Positions 63,276-64,000 of a stretch of 64,000 nt of DNA are shown here, in pieces (within the stretch, counting starts at the first letter, position 1; the number at the start of each line of letters is the position of its first letter). Source of the DNA: a virus (lineage: Duplodnaviria; Heunggongvirae; Uroviricota; Caudoviricetes). Under the pieces are notes generated by a model. The model had not been told where the DNA came from. It did not search any database and saw only the letters and a list, made by a program, of their open reading frames with translations. The stretch lies in the IMG/VR virus record IMGVR_UViG_3300032318_002198; one strand, written 5' to 3'. The translations under genes and the position numbers were made by a program.

Positions 63276-63680
63276 ATGAGAATAAAAGAAATATTTGATT
63301 TACTTGAAGCAAATAATAATCGCCGTAACAAAATGTTGTATTTTAGGCAAACAATTGATTCTATTTTGCAAAAGATTGCAGGTAAAACAATTGTGGTATT
63401 TGATACAGAAACTACAGGTCTTAGTGTTAAATTACCGTGGGTACAAGTAACTGAGATTGCTGCTATAGCAATTGATGCAGACACCGGAAAACAAATAAGC
63501 AAATTTCATCGTAAGATACATTTAACAGACGTAACCAAACAAGAAATACTACGTCAACGAAAGAATATAAAAGATCCCTCGGCTCCTGACGTCAAGGACG
63601 GAGATCGAGGAAGTCTCGAAGGCCCGCGTGGTGCAAACATTGACGATTTATCATTGAGCGTAAAACCATACGATCTTTAG
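63276..63680 (+). pseudogene. DEDDh (DnaQ-like) exonuclease truncated by IS insertion
   Basis: VVFDTETTG ExoI only; later Exo motifs absent; frame ends inside IS hairpin. Confidence 0.7.
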
Positions 63681-64000
63681 TCGTATGGATGTAAGCGGAC
63701 TGACTATCCCTGTTCTGCTATGTATTGGGCAATCACATCAGTTGAAGCATCGCCAGTTGAGCAAACAAAATACCCAGCAGACCAAAACACCTTCTCTTTC
63801 CAAAACTGCTGTCGTAACTCATTCTCATAACAAAACCATAGTTTGATTGTAGTCATTTGCTTCAACAGACGAACTATCTGTGCTATCGATACATCTGGAG
63901 TGTAATCAACAAGTAGATGAATATGATCTTTGTCTACCTCCATAACCTGTATGTGAAAATCATCTGTTTCACACCCAATGATAGTTTCTTTAGTTGTGTC
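63652..64000 (-). mobile_element. tnpA: IS200/IS605-family element (partial), Y1 HUH transposase
   Basis: Frame open from 64000 to 63704: EVDKDHIHLL, FWSAGYF, YIAEQ; subterminal hairpin CCATACGA-TCTTTAG-TCGTATGG at 63666-63688. Confidence 0.9.

Noticed and set aside
1-64000. Genome-wide TAG or TGA reassignment
   Set aside because: Conserved genes (nrdA, nrdB, clpX, gmd, rfbH) are full length in the standard code and no in-frame stops were needed.

Overview
AT-rich 64-kb segment of a large tailed (jumbo, T4-related) bacteriophage genome. TAAATA/TATAAATA late-promoter motifs sit before many genes; no rRNA and no CRISPR array were found. Contents in order: exonuclease, tail-fibre-like gene and class Ia ribonucleotide reductase (nrdA/nrdB/glutaredoxin) with homing endonucleases; a circularly permuted tmRNA and an amber-suppressor tRNA; two nucleotide-sugar/glycosylation clusters (gmd, RfbH, split ThDP enzyme, C-methyltransferases, glycosyltransferases); host-like proteostasis and translation genes (clpX, clpS plus a ClpS-like paralogue, Hsp20, rpsU, rpoZ, tilS); heme oxygenase plus bilin reductase; and a ~20-kb array of about 35 tRNAs covering all 20 amino acids. 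Main observations: (1) free-standing homing endonucleases sit at broken tRNA/tmRNA genes next to an intact same-isotype copy; (2) a repeated small-RNA family (AGGAT..CAGCAA..ATCCTGTT) displays different anticodon stem-loops, and one copy is grafted in permuted form into tRNA-Asn; (3) a second repeated RNA stem family (CACATT/AGTGTG); (4) a group I intron in a CAU tRNA abuts tilS; (5) late genes share an N-terminal motif resembling the T4 capsid-targeting sequence and carry SET, kinase-like and nuclease domains. A ~180-bp GC-rich bacterial fragment and an IS200/IS605 element are foreign. All calls were made by eye without database searches; RNA coordinates may be off by a few nucleotides.
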